From: the human T2T-CHM13v2.0 reference genome, Homo sapiens | Direction: 5' to 3' (one strand) | Assembly (NCBI RefSeq): GCF_009914755.1 | Contig: NC_060947.1 | Length of the DNA: 64,000 bases | Shown here: positions 1 through 14,465 of the stretch, one piece after another | Numbering within the stretch: the stretch's first letter is position 1 | Layout of the letters: each line of letters starts with the position of its first letter | The notes under the pieces: model-generated | Told to the model about the DNA's origin: nothing | Databases searched by the model: none | Seen by the model: the letters and a program-made list of their open reading frames with translations, nothing else | Position numbers and translations under genes: made by a program

Positions 1-2654
1 AGGGAAATGCCAGTTAAAACCCAGGAAATACCACTTTACCACCTAAAATGGTTAAAGTAAAGGGACATTAACACATTTTAGTGAGGATGTGGAGAAATTA
101 GAATCCTCATACACTGCTGGTGGAGCAGCCATTTTGGAAAACAGTCTGATAGTTCCCCAAACAGTTAAGCAGAGTTACCATATGACCCCAAAATTCCACT
201 CATATGTATACACCCATGACAAGTAAAACATGTGTACACACAAAAACTTGTATAATAATCATAGTGTCATTAATCACAATAATATAAAAGTGGAAACAAC
301 CCATAAGTACATCAACTTATGGATGGATTAATGAAATGTGATATATCCATACAATGGAATATTATTCAGCAATAAAAAGAAATGAAATAATGATACATGC
401 TGCAACATGGATGAAATTTGAAAGCAGTATGCTAAGTAAAAGAAGCCAGACACAAAGGACAACATATGGTATGATTCTACTTGCACAAAAAATCCACAAT
501 AGGCAAATCTATAAAGAAAAAAGATTTATGGTTACCTAGGGCTGAGTTTACCAAAGAGAACCAGGGAAAGAAACAGTAAAGAAGATTTCTCCTGGGATCA
601 GAACAAACCTCAAAGACTTTCGCTAAAAACCACATTTCCAAAGGGACTGAAATTTAAATGGATCAGGCTACAGAACAATGTATACTCTAAGGCATTGTGA
701 AAACAAAGAGCTCTATCAGCAGGCAATTAGTGAGCCTAAAAAGGTGTGATCATAGAAAAAGATAGTCAAAGATAGCCCTACTAAAACCACTGTCATCTCA
801 GGATGACTGTGCACATGCTGAAGTTCATGTGCACATGCTCAAGTTCAAGAACAACATCAGGGGCTTTCTGCTAGGGGGTGGGGGACAACTTCAATAAAAT
901 AGTCTAGCCAAGTCACTAAACAAACAAGCAAGCAACACCAACAGTAAGTCCACAGGAGATCAATATTCAGTGTTACTACAATATATTATCTAAAATGTCT
1001 AGTTTTCAACATAGCATAACATAACAAGGAGGGTGATGTCAGTGAAAATGGCAGAGTAACAACCACCAAAATTTCTCTCCTCCAAAATATCAACAAGGAT
1101 AATGGCAATAATAGTTAGAATCAACATTTTCAGAACTATAGACATAACCCAAAGGCTTATAGCTAGCCAGAAAATATTTATTCAAGAAAACATGGCTGAA
1201 TCAATAAAAATAGCAAGCTTTATGGCATTTTAACTTGCCCTAGTTCCATTCTCCACTCTCTAGCTCTGGCGCAACTTAAGAAACTAATGGGTCGTGTTGA
1301 AAGTGAAGCCTGACAGCTGACAGAGTTGCAGAACAGAGCTGGAGCTCTTACAAAGCTTAATTCCCAAAGAATTGTCATTATTTGACCCATCTGTTGGCTC
1401 TCTGGAAGATCTCACTCGCAAGACTCCTTGTTTTTGAACTGACTTGAGGTTCACTTAGTACAAAAAGCTTTTTCTCTAGTGACATTTGTAAGGGATGTTT
1501 TATAATGATAAAAGTGTCAATCCATCAGGAAGATAAATTATAAAAGCAATTTTATTTCTATTCACTAACAATGTATCATTGGAACATGAAATTAAGAAAA
1601 CAATTCCATTTATAATAGCATCACAAAGAAGAATATACTTAGGAATAAGTTTAACAGAAATGCAAGAACAAAGTTGAAATAATTACACTACCTGATTTCA
1701 AGCTGCAGCAATCAAGATAGTGTAGTATTGCTTTAAGACTAGACAAAATTGTTCAATAAGGAAAAGAAAGTCTTTTCAACAAACGCTGCTGAGATAACTA
1801 GATTTTTAAAAATATACATTTAAACAATGAAATGAACACTGTCTCCTATCTCATGCCATAAACAAGCATTATTTTGAAATAGGTAACAGACCAGAATACT
1901 AAGCAAAAACTATAAGACTTCTAGAATAATACATGGGATAAGGTTTTGGTAACTTTGGGACAGGCACAGTTTTATTACATAGGACCAAAAGACATGAACC
2001 ATAAAGAAAATACTGATAAACGTCATCAAAGTTAAAATCTTCTCCTCTTTGAAATACAACATTGCAAAAATTAAAAGGCAAGTCACAGACCGAAAAAACT
2101 ATTTGCAAAACGTATATCCAACAAAGGCTTTGTATCTTAAACATATAAAGACCTCTTATAATTCAATACACAAACAACCTAATTGTTAAAGGGAATAAAA
2201 GATTTAAATGGACATTTTACAAGAAAATACATGTTGAATGGCAAAATATGTAAAGATACTCAGCATCATTAGTCATAACATAAATGCAAAGAAAATAACA
2301 AGTTACCACTATGCGTCCATTATGATGGCTAAAATTAAAAAGACTCACTGCCAAGTGTTGCTATTAAATGTCTTATAGTTGGAAACAAGTAATTAATTAC
2401 GGCCCACTTTCAATGCTGGAGATGGCTCAAAGGAATAATACCAGGAGGTAGGGATCACTGTGGGCAATCTTAAAGGTTCCCTACCACAACAAATACATGG
2501 GTAAACAAATTGTGGTGTATTTCTACAATAGAATACTCCTTAACAATAAAAAGGAACTAAATATTCATACATGCAACAACATGATTGTATTTCAAAAATG
2601 TTATTCTTAGTCGAAGAGGCCAAACATAAATGAGTTCATTCTGTATGATTCCAT
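1..2654 (+). mobile_element. Mosaic of old L1M (L1MB/MC-like) fragments: 3' end, 5'UTR pieces and ORF2 pieces
   Basis: ORF 354-539 MEYYSAIKRNEIMIHAATWMKFE is the L1 ORF2 C-terminus. A-rich L1-like sequence runs throughout. Internal boundaries not resolved. Confidence 0.75.
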
Positions 2655-3308
2655 TGGAAACCAAAGGGTTAAGCTGGTTAGGTCTGCCAAACTTAGCCTG
2701 CCCTACTTGCCTGTGGTTGCTTGCTTTTTGATATTTTTTCATAAAGCTGAAGGTCATGGTAGCTGAAGGCTGCACTGCTGAAGGCTAAAACTTAACTTTC
2801 ACTGGCTACCTTGTAGATAACATTTAAAGGTCACCATGGTAACGGTTGCTTCAGTTGTTTTTCAGGAACTTGAAGCAGCTCTTGTCCAGTTCAAACCATT
2901 TGAAACCACTGACCCTTTAATTGGGCCTATGCAAATGCCTGAGAGGTGGCCTTTTTGACTTCTTTGTCAGAAGGCCAAAAACTCCAGCCACAGATCATGC
3001 TAACACTAACATTTTCTGAACATATGTCCTATGAAATTCCATAATCCCCAAATACACTTGCATAGATCATTGATTACTTCATTTTTTCCCCACTGCCAAT
3101 CACCTTTCCCCATTCCTTAGGCCACCTCACTTCTCTAACCCATAAATATCCCTAAGCCTTATCTTTGGGGAAGTGAATTTGAGACCTATTCTCCCACCTA
3201 CTCACTTGGCTGCCTCATGAATAAATTCTTCCTGTTTTGCAAAACCTGTCACCACAGTGATTGACTTACTGCACACAGGCAGCATGAACCTGGATGTGAA
3301 TGATAACA
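2655..3308 (+). mobile_element. ERV1 (MER4-group-like) solo LTR interrupting an L1 3' end
   Basis: TG...ACA termini and AATAAA near the 3' end. The host L1 text (TATGATTCCAT | ATGTATGTGAA) resumes after it. Family not resolved. Confidence 0.6.
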
Positions 3309-3588
3309 AATGTATGTGAACCCCTAGGAAAACAAATCCAATCATTAGTGACAGAAAATAGATAGGGGTGTCCTTGGCCTAGGTGTAGAGGAAAGGTGTC
3401 GATTAGGAGGAGCACAAGATAACTTTCTGCTGTGATGAAAATGTTCTATATCTTGATTGTGGTGGTGGATACACAAAGATACAAATTTGACAGAACTGAT
3501 CAAAACATCTACTTGATAAGGTTGCATTTAATTGTATTGTTATACCAGAAGCATATAATACCACAAGTATAGGGAAACTCTGAAGGTG

Positions 3589-3991
3589 TGTTAAAGCAAA
3601 ATAAGTAAGCAGGATGCCATTAGCCTGAAGTTGTCTCTGTAACCAGAGCTCTTACGTAAGCAAACTGGGACTTAACTTAGAAACATTTCTTCTAACTGAC
3701 TTAAAAGAAAAACAAGCCTCAGCCAATCACAAACAGCCAACCAGCTGACTGGCTATGTAATTAGAGACTTCGCATCAGCCCATACTCAAATAAGACAAAT
3801 GCCTAGCTGTATAGCCAATCAGGTGATTTCTCTACTTTGAGTCAGTGATCACGCTATTAAAAACCTGCTGCTCACATTGCTGGGCAGAGCTCTCTGAACC
3901 TTTTCTGGTTCTAAGTGCTGCTCAATTCATGAATCATTCTTTGCTCAAATAAACTCTGTTAAATGTCATATGTCTGAAGTTTTTCATAACA
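3589..3991 (+). mobile_element. MER57-like ERV1 LTR, probably followed by internal sequence
   Basis: TGTTAAA...TAACA termini, two AGCCAATCA boxes, and the MER57-type 3' end GCTCAAATAAACTCTGTTAAA. Confidence 0.65.
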
Positions 3992-4062
3992 GTTGGAAGT
4001 AAGGACTGCCTATGGACCTTGGGACTTGAGGAAAGACATGGTAGCAGTGAGTTACCTGAGTG

Positions 4063-4768
4063 TTCTTTTTCTTTTCTTTCTTTTTTTTTTTTTTGAGACA
4101 AGGTCTCACTCTGTCACACAGGCTGGAGTGCAGTGGCACGATCTTGGCTCACTGCAGCCTTGCCTCCTGGGCTCAAGTGATCCTCCCACCTCAGCCTCCC
4201 AAGTAGCTGGGACTACAGGCACGTGCCACTGATATGGTTTGGCTGTGTCCCCACCCAAATCTCATCTTGAAATGTAGCTCCAATACTTTCCATATGTTGT
4301 GGGAGGAACCCAGTTGGAGATAATTGAATCATGGAGGCAGTTTCCTCCATCCAGTTCTCCTGGTAGTGAATAAGTCTCATGAAATCTGGTGGTTTTATAT
4401 GGGGTTTCCCCTTTTGCTTGGCTCTCATTCTCTCTTGCCTGCCACCATGTAAGACATGCCTTTTGCCTTCTGCCATGGCTGTGAGGCCTCCTTAGCCATG
4501 TGGAACTGTGAGTCCATTAAACCTCTTTCCTTCATAAATTACCCAGTCTCGGGTATGTCTTTATCAGCAGCGTGAAAATGAACTAATACAGCCACCATGC
4601 CCAGATAATTTTTGTATTTTTCATAGTGATGGGATTTTGCCATGTTGCCCAGGCTGGTCTTCAACTCCTAGGCTCAAGAAATTTGCCCAACTCCTGGGCT
4701 CAAGTGATCCACACGCCTCAGCCTCCCAAAGTGCTGGTATTACAGGCATGAGCCACTGTTCCTGGCTC
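4063..4768 (-). mobile_element. AluJ split by a THE1 LTR
   Basis: Poly-T tail then GAGACAAGGTCTCACTCTGTC...GGCTCAAGTGATCCTCCC. The Alu resumes at 4591 after the LTR. Confidence 0.9.
4230..4590 (+). mobile_element. THE1 (THE1B-like) MaLR solo LTR
   Basis: TGATATGGTTTGGCTGTGTCCCCACCCAAATCTC...AACTAATACA with a perfect 5-bp TSD GCCAC (4225-4229, 4591-4595). Confidence 0.93.
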
Positions 4769-5832
4769 CCTGAATTTTCTTTTTCCCTCTCATATATCCT
4801 TGATTGGGCACCAGAGAAGCCAGCAACCAAGAACTGCCAACAAAGAAAATCTCCAAGAAAAGCTTGTTTCCTCTAGCCAAAGGTTTTGGGAGAAATGGTG
4901 GCTTAACAGAGCAGAACACCTTTTTGACAAACCCCCTCACCTCAGTCAAAGTGACCCACTCATCTGTGCAGTTTCAGTAGGGCTGAGTGGGGAGTTAATA
5001 TTCAGCCTCCTACCTCCCATGTGGAAGTAAGTGGTGGTGCTCTGATGTCTCTGATGACTGCACCAGGAATCCGATCTTCCACTCCAACCCCCTACCCAAT
5101 AGAAACAAGCAGCACTCTGCTGGAGTTGTGTCAATAAGGTCTAGAGGGAGGAGGACTTCCTCCACAAATCATCACCAAGGAGGGAGATGAGAAAGTCCAA
5201 GGGAGAGCTAGTTAGTTGGCATTCAGCTTTTCCATTCACCCAGGTGTCACTCCCATCCGGCACCAAGAAAACTGAAGGAGGTGGTTCAGTGCAGGCAAGA
5301 CTAGGCAGCCCTCCACTTTCCCATCCATTGTCAACCACTAATTCTATATCTAGCAAATATATCCTTCAGGAGTAAAGAGGAAATAAAGACATTCTCAGAT
5401 TAATAAAACCTAAGAGAACTGGTTATCAGCAGCCCTTAAATAATGGCTAAAGGAAATTATCTAAACAGAAAGGAAATGATAACACAGGAAGTTGGAACTT
5501 CAGGAAGGAAGAAAGAATAATGGGATGAGTAAAAGTGGGGGTAAACATAACAGGATAACTTTCTCCTGATGAGTTTTTAAGATCATGTTTGATGGTTAAA
5601 GCAAAATGTATAACATTAGCTAGGGCAGGCTCAATGTACATAGAGGAAATGCTTAAGCTATTTATATTTAGATGGGAGGAGGGTGAAGAAAGCTAAATGG
5701 AAGTAAAATTTCTCTGCTTCACTCAAAGTGGTTTAAATGTTGATGCCAGTAGATTTTGATGTGTAATGTAATACATACAGTAGCCAACAAAAGATAATAA
5801 TATGAAGAACTATATTCAAAAACACTACATAT

Positions 5833-6910
5833 AAAGCAATGGCAACAAAAGCCAAAATTGACAAATGGGATCTAATTAAACTAAAGAGCTTCTGCACAGC
5901 AAAAGAAACTATCATCAGAGTGAACAGGAAACCTACAAAATCGGAGAAAATTTTTGCAATCTATCCATCTGACAAAGGGCTAATATCCAGAATCTACAAG
6001 GGACTTAAACAAATTTACAAAATAAATAAATAAATAAATAAATAAACAACCCCATCAAAAAGTGGGCGAAGGATATGAACAGACACTTCTCAAAAGAAGA
6101 CATTTATTCAGCCAACAAACATATGAAAAAAAGCTCATCATCACTGGTCATTACAGAAATGCATATCAAAACCACAATGAGATACCATCTCACACCAGTT
6201 AGAATGGCGATCATTAAAAAGTCAGGAAATGACAGATGCTGGAGAGGATATGGAGAAATAGGAACATTTTTACACTGTTGGTGGGAGTGTAAATTAGTTC
6301 AACCATTGTGGAAGACAGTGTGGCGATTCCTCAAGGATCCAGAACCAGAAACACCATTTAACCCAGCAATCCCATTACTGGGTATATACCCCCCAAATTA
6401 TAAATCATTCTACTTTGAAGACACATGCACATGCATGTTTATCGCAGCACTGTTCACAATAGCAAAGACTTGGAACCAACCCAAATGTCCAGCAATGATA
6501 GACTGGATAAAGAAAATGTGGCACATTTACACCATGGAATCATATGCAGCCATAAGAAAGGATGAGTTCATGTCCTTTGCAGGGACATGGATGAAGCTGG
6601 AAACCATCATTCTCAGCCAAGTAACACAAGAACAGAAAAGCAAACACTGCATGTTCTCACTCATAGGTGGGAGTTGAACAATGAGAACACATGGACACGG
6701 GGAGGGGAACATCACACACTGGGGCCTGTCGGTGGGTAGGGAGCTATGGGAGGGATAACATTAGGAGAAATACCTAATGTAGGTGATGGGTTGATGGGTG
6801 CAGCAAACCACCATGGCACATGTATACCTATGTAACAAACGTGCACGTTCTGCACATGTATCCCAGAACTTAAAGTATAATAAGTAAATAAATAAATAGA
6901 AACGAAACAA
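5833..6910 (+). mobile_element. 5'-truncated L1PA (L1PA7/8-like) 3' end inserted in an older L1M
   Basis: ORFs 5839-6033 and 6075-6677 are L1 ORF2 C-terminus ([17 protein letters not shown]). The L1PA 3'UTR ends CCCAGAACTTAAAGTATAATAA. TSD at 5818-5835 and 7027-7044. Confidence 0.92.
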
Positions 6911-7359
6911 ATGACTATAATGACCAGAGAAGGAATAGAGACAATGAAAAGTTACCTTTACTGAACTTTATATATATTTATACCAGTATAAAAAATAAAA
7001 ATAAACATTATAGTACAAAAAAGGAAAAAAACACTACATGTAAATCAAAATGGAATTTTTACAAAATGTTCAAATATCCTACAGGAAGGCAAGAAAAGAG
7101 AAACAGAGGGATAAGAAACAAAATGAACAAACAGAAAGCAAATATTAAAATAGCAAACTTAAGCCCTAACATATCAATATACTTACTTTAAATGTAAATG
7201 ATATAAGAATAGCAATGAAAAGACAGAAATTGACAGTGGATTAAAAAAATAACCCAACTCTATGCTACAAGAACCTCACTTCAAATTTTTACGAGATTTC
7301 ACAGATTTATTCATTTTCAAGCATGGTTTTATGCTTCTTATAAAAAAAATATGTTTTCC

Positions 7360-7704
<345 letters not shown>

Positions 7705-8284
7705 TTACAAAAAGACAAATATTGTATGATTCCACTTATATGAGGTGCCTAGAGTAGTCAAATTCATTGAGACGCATAGTCGAATATTGGTTTTCAGAGC
7801 ATAAGGGCAGGAGGAAACGGGGAGTTGTAATTTTTTTTTATCTTTTGCAAGATAAAAAGAGCTATGGTGATTGGTTGCAGAACAATGTGAATGTTCTTAA
7901 CATTACTGAACACTTAAAAACAGTTAACGTGATCAATTTTATGCTATGTGTATCTTACCACAATCCTAAATTTTTTAAATAAAGGAAACAAAAAATGAGA
8001 CAACTGAGAAACTTTTTTCAAAAAAACAAACAAAACTCCCTAAAGTTAACATCATATCTAGTGGTGAAAGACTGAATGCTTCCCCCTAAGATCCCAAACA
8101 AGTCAGTGATGTTAGTTTTTCACCACTCTTTTTCAACCTAGTACTGGAAATTGTATCCACTGCAATAACACAAGGAAAGGAAATAAGGATTAGGAAGGAA
8201 AAAATAAAACTGTCCCAATTTACAAATGACATTAGTTAGAAAATTCCAAGGAATTGACAAAAAGACTCCAAGTGATACTCCAAG

Positions 8285-8880
8285 TGATACCAAGACTCCA
8301 AGTTTGGGGGAGGTCCCCAAACACTGGTTAGACTTTGACCCCAGCTGGTGTCCACGCTCTTGACACCATTGCAAGAAGGAATGCAAGGATAAGTCAGAAA
8401 AGAGTGAAAGTTCAGTGATTTATTGCAAAGCAAAAGTACACACTCAAGAAAGGGGAGTGCAGGCATACTCAGAGTGAGTCATGCAATGGAATTTGGGGCT
8501 TCTACCTTTGCGGGTCTCTTTAATCAAGGGGTGGAATATTCACAGAGATTCCCACAAAAGGTTAGAGATTTCTTGAAACTGTGGCACCACCCATTTTTAC
8601 ACCAAATATGGGTGTTCCTGGAACTGTCCTGGTGCTAGTGGATGTGTGATTTACTATGTTAATGACGGTATAATGACGTCCTAGGTAACACCTAGGTCAA
8701 ATCCAGCACTGTGTTGGGTCCAATTGGTCTTAGCCAGCTTGGTCCATACCCTGGTTTTTTAGGGTCTAATCAGCCCCTAGCTTCTGCTGCTATTTCAGCA
8801 GTTTCCTTTTGCTAGTCATCTGAAACTGTTGTCTGGAATTTTCTATTCTTCTGCGACCACACTGCATTATTCCTGTCTCA
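8285..8880 (-). mobile_element. ERV1 solo LTR (LTR19-like)
   Basis: Minus strand reads TGAGACAGGAATAAT...GGTATCA with 4-bp TSD CAAG (8281-8284, 8881-8884). Family name is from memory. Confidence 0.75.
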
Positions 8881-9328
8881 CAAGAAGTAAGAAAAAAAGT
8901 TCAGCTAGGTTGCAGGATACAAGATGAACAAAAAAAAAATTATCATATTTCTACATACTAACAATGAACAAGCATGTGGAAACTGAAATTAGAAACATAA
9001 AATCATGTATAATTGCTTCAAAGAAAGTGAGTACTTAGGAGTATATTTAACAAACATATATAGGATCTGAATGCTGAATATTCTACAGTTTTGATGAAAT
9101 TAAGAATATCTAAATAAATGAAGAAACATACTGTGTTCTTGGATTTGAAGAATCCACACAGAAACTATGTCAATTTTCCCCAAAATTGGTCTTTAAATTG
9201 AACACAATTTTCAGCAAGGCTTTTTGTACCCATAGATCAGCTTATTCTAAATTGTATATGGACAGGCACAAGCCCTAGAGTAGCTAAAGAAATGTTCAAA
9301 AAAATAGAGAAAAGTCATGCTACCCCAT

Positions 9329-9745
9329 TGATGTGGTCTGGATGTGTGTCCTCGCCCAAAACTCATGTAAAATTGTAATCCCCAATCTTGGATGTGGGGC
9401 CTGGTGGGAGGTGATTGGATCATGGGGGTGGTTTCTCATGAGTGGTTTAGCACCATCCCCTTGGTGCTGTTGTCATCATAGTGAGTTCTCACGAGATCTG
9501 CTTGTTTAAAAGTGTGTGGCACCCCCCAGCCCGCTCTCTCTCTTTCTCCTGCTCCACCCATGTGATGTGCCTGCTCCCCCTTTGCCTTCTGCCATGATTG
9601 TAAGCTTCCTGAGGCCTCCCCAGAAACAGAAGCTGCTATGCTTCTTGCACAGCCTACAGAACCGTGAGCCACTTAAACCTCTTTTCTTTATAAATTAGCC
9701 AGTCTCAGGTATTTCTTTATAGCAGTATGTGAATGGACTAATATT
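9329..9745 (+). mobile_element. MST (MSTA-like) MaLR solo LTR
   Basis: MST consensus-like sequence with TSD CCCAT (9324-9328, 9746-9750). Confidence 0.88.
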
Positions 9746-11962
9746 CCCATATTAACACGTACTATATCCAAACAGTAATAAAGACAGTGTGGTACTGTAG
9801 AAAGAATAGACACATAGGCCAATACAACAGAATAGAGGACATAGAAAGAGACCCAAGTCCGATTTTTGACAAAGATGAAAAAGAAGCTCAGTGGAGGAAG
9901 GATACCCTTTCCAACAAATTGGGCTCTAACAATTAGACATCCATAAATGAAAATTGAACCTGGACCTAAACCTCAAATATTATACCAAAGTTAACTCAAA
10001 GTGGGGCACAAATTTAAATGTGAAATATAAAACTACAAAACTTCAAAAAGAAAACGCAGGAGAAAATCTTTAGGACCTAGGGCTTGGTAAAGAGTTCTTA
10101 CACATGACATCAAAACCATGATCCATAAATAAAAAGGACCAATAAATGGTACTTCATCAAAATTTAAGTCTTTTGCTCAGATAATGCCCTTAATAACAGA
10201 ATGAAAAGACAAACTACAGAATGGGAGGAAAATTTGCAGACCACATATCTGTTAAAGGACTCGTATCTAGAAAATATAAAGAAGTCTCGAGATTTAAGCA
10301 TAGAAAACAGTCCAACTAGAAAATGGCAAAAAACATTTTACCAAAAAGGATAAACAGATGGAAAATAAGCACATAAAATGATTTTTCACCTTCATTATTG
10401 GTATTTGCCGAATCATATATCACTATACGCCTATCAAAATGTTTAAAATAAAAAATAGTGATAACACCAAATGCTGGCAAGGATGCAGAGAATCAACACA
10501 CTCATAAATTACTGGTGGGAATATAAAATGCTAGAGCCACTCAGGAAACAGTTTGGTAGAGTCTTACAAAACCTAACATGCACCTTATGACCTAGCAATC
10601 ACACTTAGACATTTATCCCAGAGAAATGGGCATTTATCTTCACGCAATAAGCTGTAAATTAATATTCATAGCAGCTTTATTTCTAATAGCCAAAACTGGG
10701 AATACTCTGGGTGAATGGTTAGACAAACTGTGGTACAACTACACCAAGGAGTACTACTCAGCAGCAAAAAGAAATAAAGAACTATTGACACTTCACACCC
10801 CCAACAACTTGGATGATTCTCTAGAGAATGATATTGAGTGAAAAATGTCAATTCCCAAAGGTTACAATGTTGTATCATTCCATTTGTTTAACATTCTTGA
10901 AATGATAAAATTATAGAAATAGACAACACATTAGTGGTTGCCAGTCATTAAGGAGGGAGAGCAGGATGGAAGCAGATTTGGTCAAAAAAGGGCAGCTTGA
11001 GGGAATTCTGAATAGGATAGATGGATTGTGTCAATATCAACATCCTGATTATGATATTGTACTGTAGTTTTGAAAGATATTAACCAGTGGAACTGGTTAA
11101 AGGGAACATGGGATCTCTCTGTATTTTTTCCTAAAATTGCATGTAAATCTACAATTATCTCAAGATTAATAATGTAATTAAAATATTAGTTGCAGTTCTA
11201 TATATTAACAATGAACACATGGAAACCAAATGTTTGACATGTAATCAAACTCACAATACCACTAGCAGTCACTCCAAAGAGGATGAAATAAATCTAACAT
11301 AATATGTGCAGAGTGGCTGAATGTGAGTGCAAAGAGGTAACCCAAAGGAGGTTTTTTTTGGGTAATGGAATACTTTTGTATCTTCATTGTAGTTGTGGTT
11401 ACACAAATCTTTAGATGGTGTAAAATTGTTAGGACTATATGTGTGCACACCCACACATTAATGCAGGTTTAAAAAAATATTCCAAGTGAAATCAGGCCTG
11501 CAGTCTGGTAAACAGTAATGTATCAATTTCAATTCTTGATTTTGATGTTATATTACATCAACAAAAAATGTTACTGTTGAGGGAAGCTGGATAAAAGGCA
11601 CAAGGTCTTTTTTGGTACTATTTTTGAAATTTCCTGTGAGTCTATAATTATTTACAAACAAAATGTTAAAAAATAAATGAGATGAGGCCAAGGAGAGGTT
11701 TCAGAAATGGCTGGAAGCAACAGGGTCTGCAAATGAATGGGGTTCTAGCCAGTCTGGAACAATGGGTTTCTATGTGCCTTAAGTCTATATTTCTATGGCC
11801 CTTTCTTTTTCAAATATTACTAATTTTTTTCATTGTATTATACAAGGAATATGTACAGACATACATTTGGACATACAGACATATAGAGCGAAGTAAAAAG
11901 TTTAAGTCTCCCTATTGTCTTAACCAGAACAATATAGAGCAATTTGATATATCTGCCCTGGC

Positions 11963-12556
11963 TTTTTCTTTTTTGTAGTAGAGGCAGTCTCACTCCATCG
12001 TACAGTGGCAGGATCATAGCTTACAGTAACATTGAACTCCTGGGCTCAAGCGATCCTCCCACTTCAGCCTCCTGTGTAGCTGGGACTACAGGCATATGCT
12101 ACCACACCCCACTAATATATTTTATTTTTTTTTGTAGAGACGAGGACCTTGCTAAACAGGCCCAGCCTTAAGTGATCCTCCCATCTTGGCTTCCCAAAAT
12201 GCCGAGATTGCACGCCTATAATCCCAGCAATTTGGGAGGCCGAGGTAAGCGGATAACCTGAGATCAGGAGTTCCAGATCAGCTTGGCCAACATGGTGAAC
12301 CCTATCTCTATTAAAAATACTAAAAATACAAAAATTAGCCAGGCGTGGTGTCGCGTGCCTGTAGTCCCAGCTACTTAGGAGGCTGAGGCAAGAGAATCGC
12401 TTGAACCTGGGAGGCAGAGACAGCAGTGAGCTGAGATCATCAGCGTGGAAGACAGAGTGAGACTTAGTCTCAAAAAAAAAAAAAAAAGAAAAGAAAAAAA
12501 AAGAAAAAAAAGAATAGAAAAGAGAAAAAGAAAGAAAAGAAAAACCACGCCCAGCC
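11963..12556 (-). mobile_element. AluJ (minus) containing a nested plus-strand AluS at about 12211-12544
   Basis: Outer TSD CTGCCCTGGC (11953-11962, 12559-12568). The outer Alu terminus CCACGCCCAGCC resumes after the inner A-rich tail. Confidence 0.85.
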
Positions 12557-13329
12557 TCCTGCCCTGGCATTTTTTTTTTTGATGCATGTATACCCATGCA
12601 TGGATGTGTTGCGTTGTTGATAAAATCGTGATGTCCACACAATAACCAGAATCCAGTGATTCTGGAACTGGATTTTTTTTTTCTTGATCATGTAGGTAGG
12701 ACAATTGCTCAATCAGTGTAAATGGATCCGCTGCGTTCCTCAGTTACGTGGGATACCATAGAGATGATCAGGCGTGACGGTGAACAGGTATTTTGAGAGT
12801 TCTTAAATACCCACGTCAACCTTTGTTGTGAAAACTGGGATGGGGTTGGGTGAACCTACTTCTTTCTTGCCGACAGTTTTTCAAAAGTCATGACCATAAC
12901 GAAGTGAGAGCATTTCCCCACATCATTAAAACAGTCTGAAAAAACGCTACTGGGTTTTGATTGGTTTACGTTTAATAAAGATTGAATGAAACCACGAAAG
13001 GGCTTTTAAGCACACTGGCAACAAACAAACAAAAAGGCCATAAACAAGAGCAAATGAAAACCCAAGACGACCTTGTGCAACCACCATGGCAAACAATGGA
13101 TTAAGAAGAGTGCTTAGAAAGGGAAGGACAATGGGGAAATTCGCCAATAAAGAGATATACGTGACCAGCAAATATACCAGAAAGGGAAAAATGCACGCAT
13201 GTGGGCTTGATGGCACTCTGTAGCGCAGTTACTGCACCATGCGAATTAAAGAAAGATATAATGGCTTGGCTGGCCAGTTTTCAGGGGAGACCGTGGGAGA
13301 AGGGAGGTGATATGAACAGGCAGAGGCTT

Positions 13330-14465
<1,136 letters not shown>

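Larger units (their letters stand above)
8030..11180 (+). mobile_element. L1MC-like ORF2 and 3' end, interrupted by two LTRs
   Basis: Colinear degenerate ORF2 sequence ending in the L1MC-type tail GGGATCTCTCTGTATT...ATCTACAATTATCTCAA. Confidence 0.75.

Noticed and set aside
808-847. 20-bp tandem duplication (also the 12-bp SEKL duplication at about 27629-27654)
   Set aside because: Ordinary slippage duplications in neutral sequence.
6075-6677. 200-aa ORFs here and at 54017-54619 as paralogous genes
   Set aside because: Both are the C-terminus of L1 ORF2 in truncated elements.
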